The position numbers were made by a program, and so were the translations under genes. Positions 63,947 to 64,000 of a DNA stretch of 64,000 bases are shown piece by piece (positions within the stretch are counted from its first letter, which is position 1; every line of letters begins with the position of its first letter). Source of the DNA: Octopus sinensis (lineage: Eukaryota); assembly GCF_006345805.1 (NCBI RefSeq), contig NC_043019.1, forward strand, positions 14,197,360 through 14,261,359. The letters run 5' to 3'. The notes beneath the pieces were generated by a model, which had not been told where the DNA came from, ran no database searches, and worked only from the letters and a program-made list of their open reading frames with translations.

Positions 63947-64000
<54 letters not shown>
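63947..64000. repeat. (CT)n microsatellite
   Basis: Direct observation. Confidence 0.95.

Overview
AT-rich, repeat-dominated eukaryotic DNA. The tRNA-derived SINE families and very long (TA)n/(ATT)n/(GAT)n microsatellites look like an octopus (coleoid cephalopod) genome; this assignment is from recognition, not a database search. No convincing long protein-coding ORF is present. The listed ORFs are mostly microsatellite or SINE read-throughs, so the window is probably intronic or intergenic, with at most a few small candidate + strand exons (best: 31113-31208). It contains at least five SINE-like families (labelled A-E here), two decayed RTE-type LINE reverse-transcriptase fragments, a complete non-autonomous Helitron, hAT/Tc2/mariner/piggyBac-type MITEs, foldback elements and minisatellites. 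Two signals stand out. (1) Short Penelope-like terminal repeats carry minimal type I hammerhead ribozyme motifs, repeatedly arranged as inverted pairs; one pair is 141 bp, identical by eye, with an intact catalytic core (57663-58784). (2) Head-to-tail SINE multimers share the same junction at independent loci, suggesting multimeric masters or circular-RNA/rolling-circle templates.
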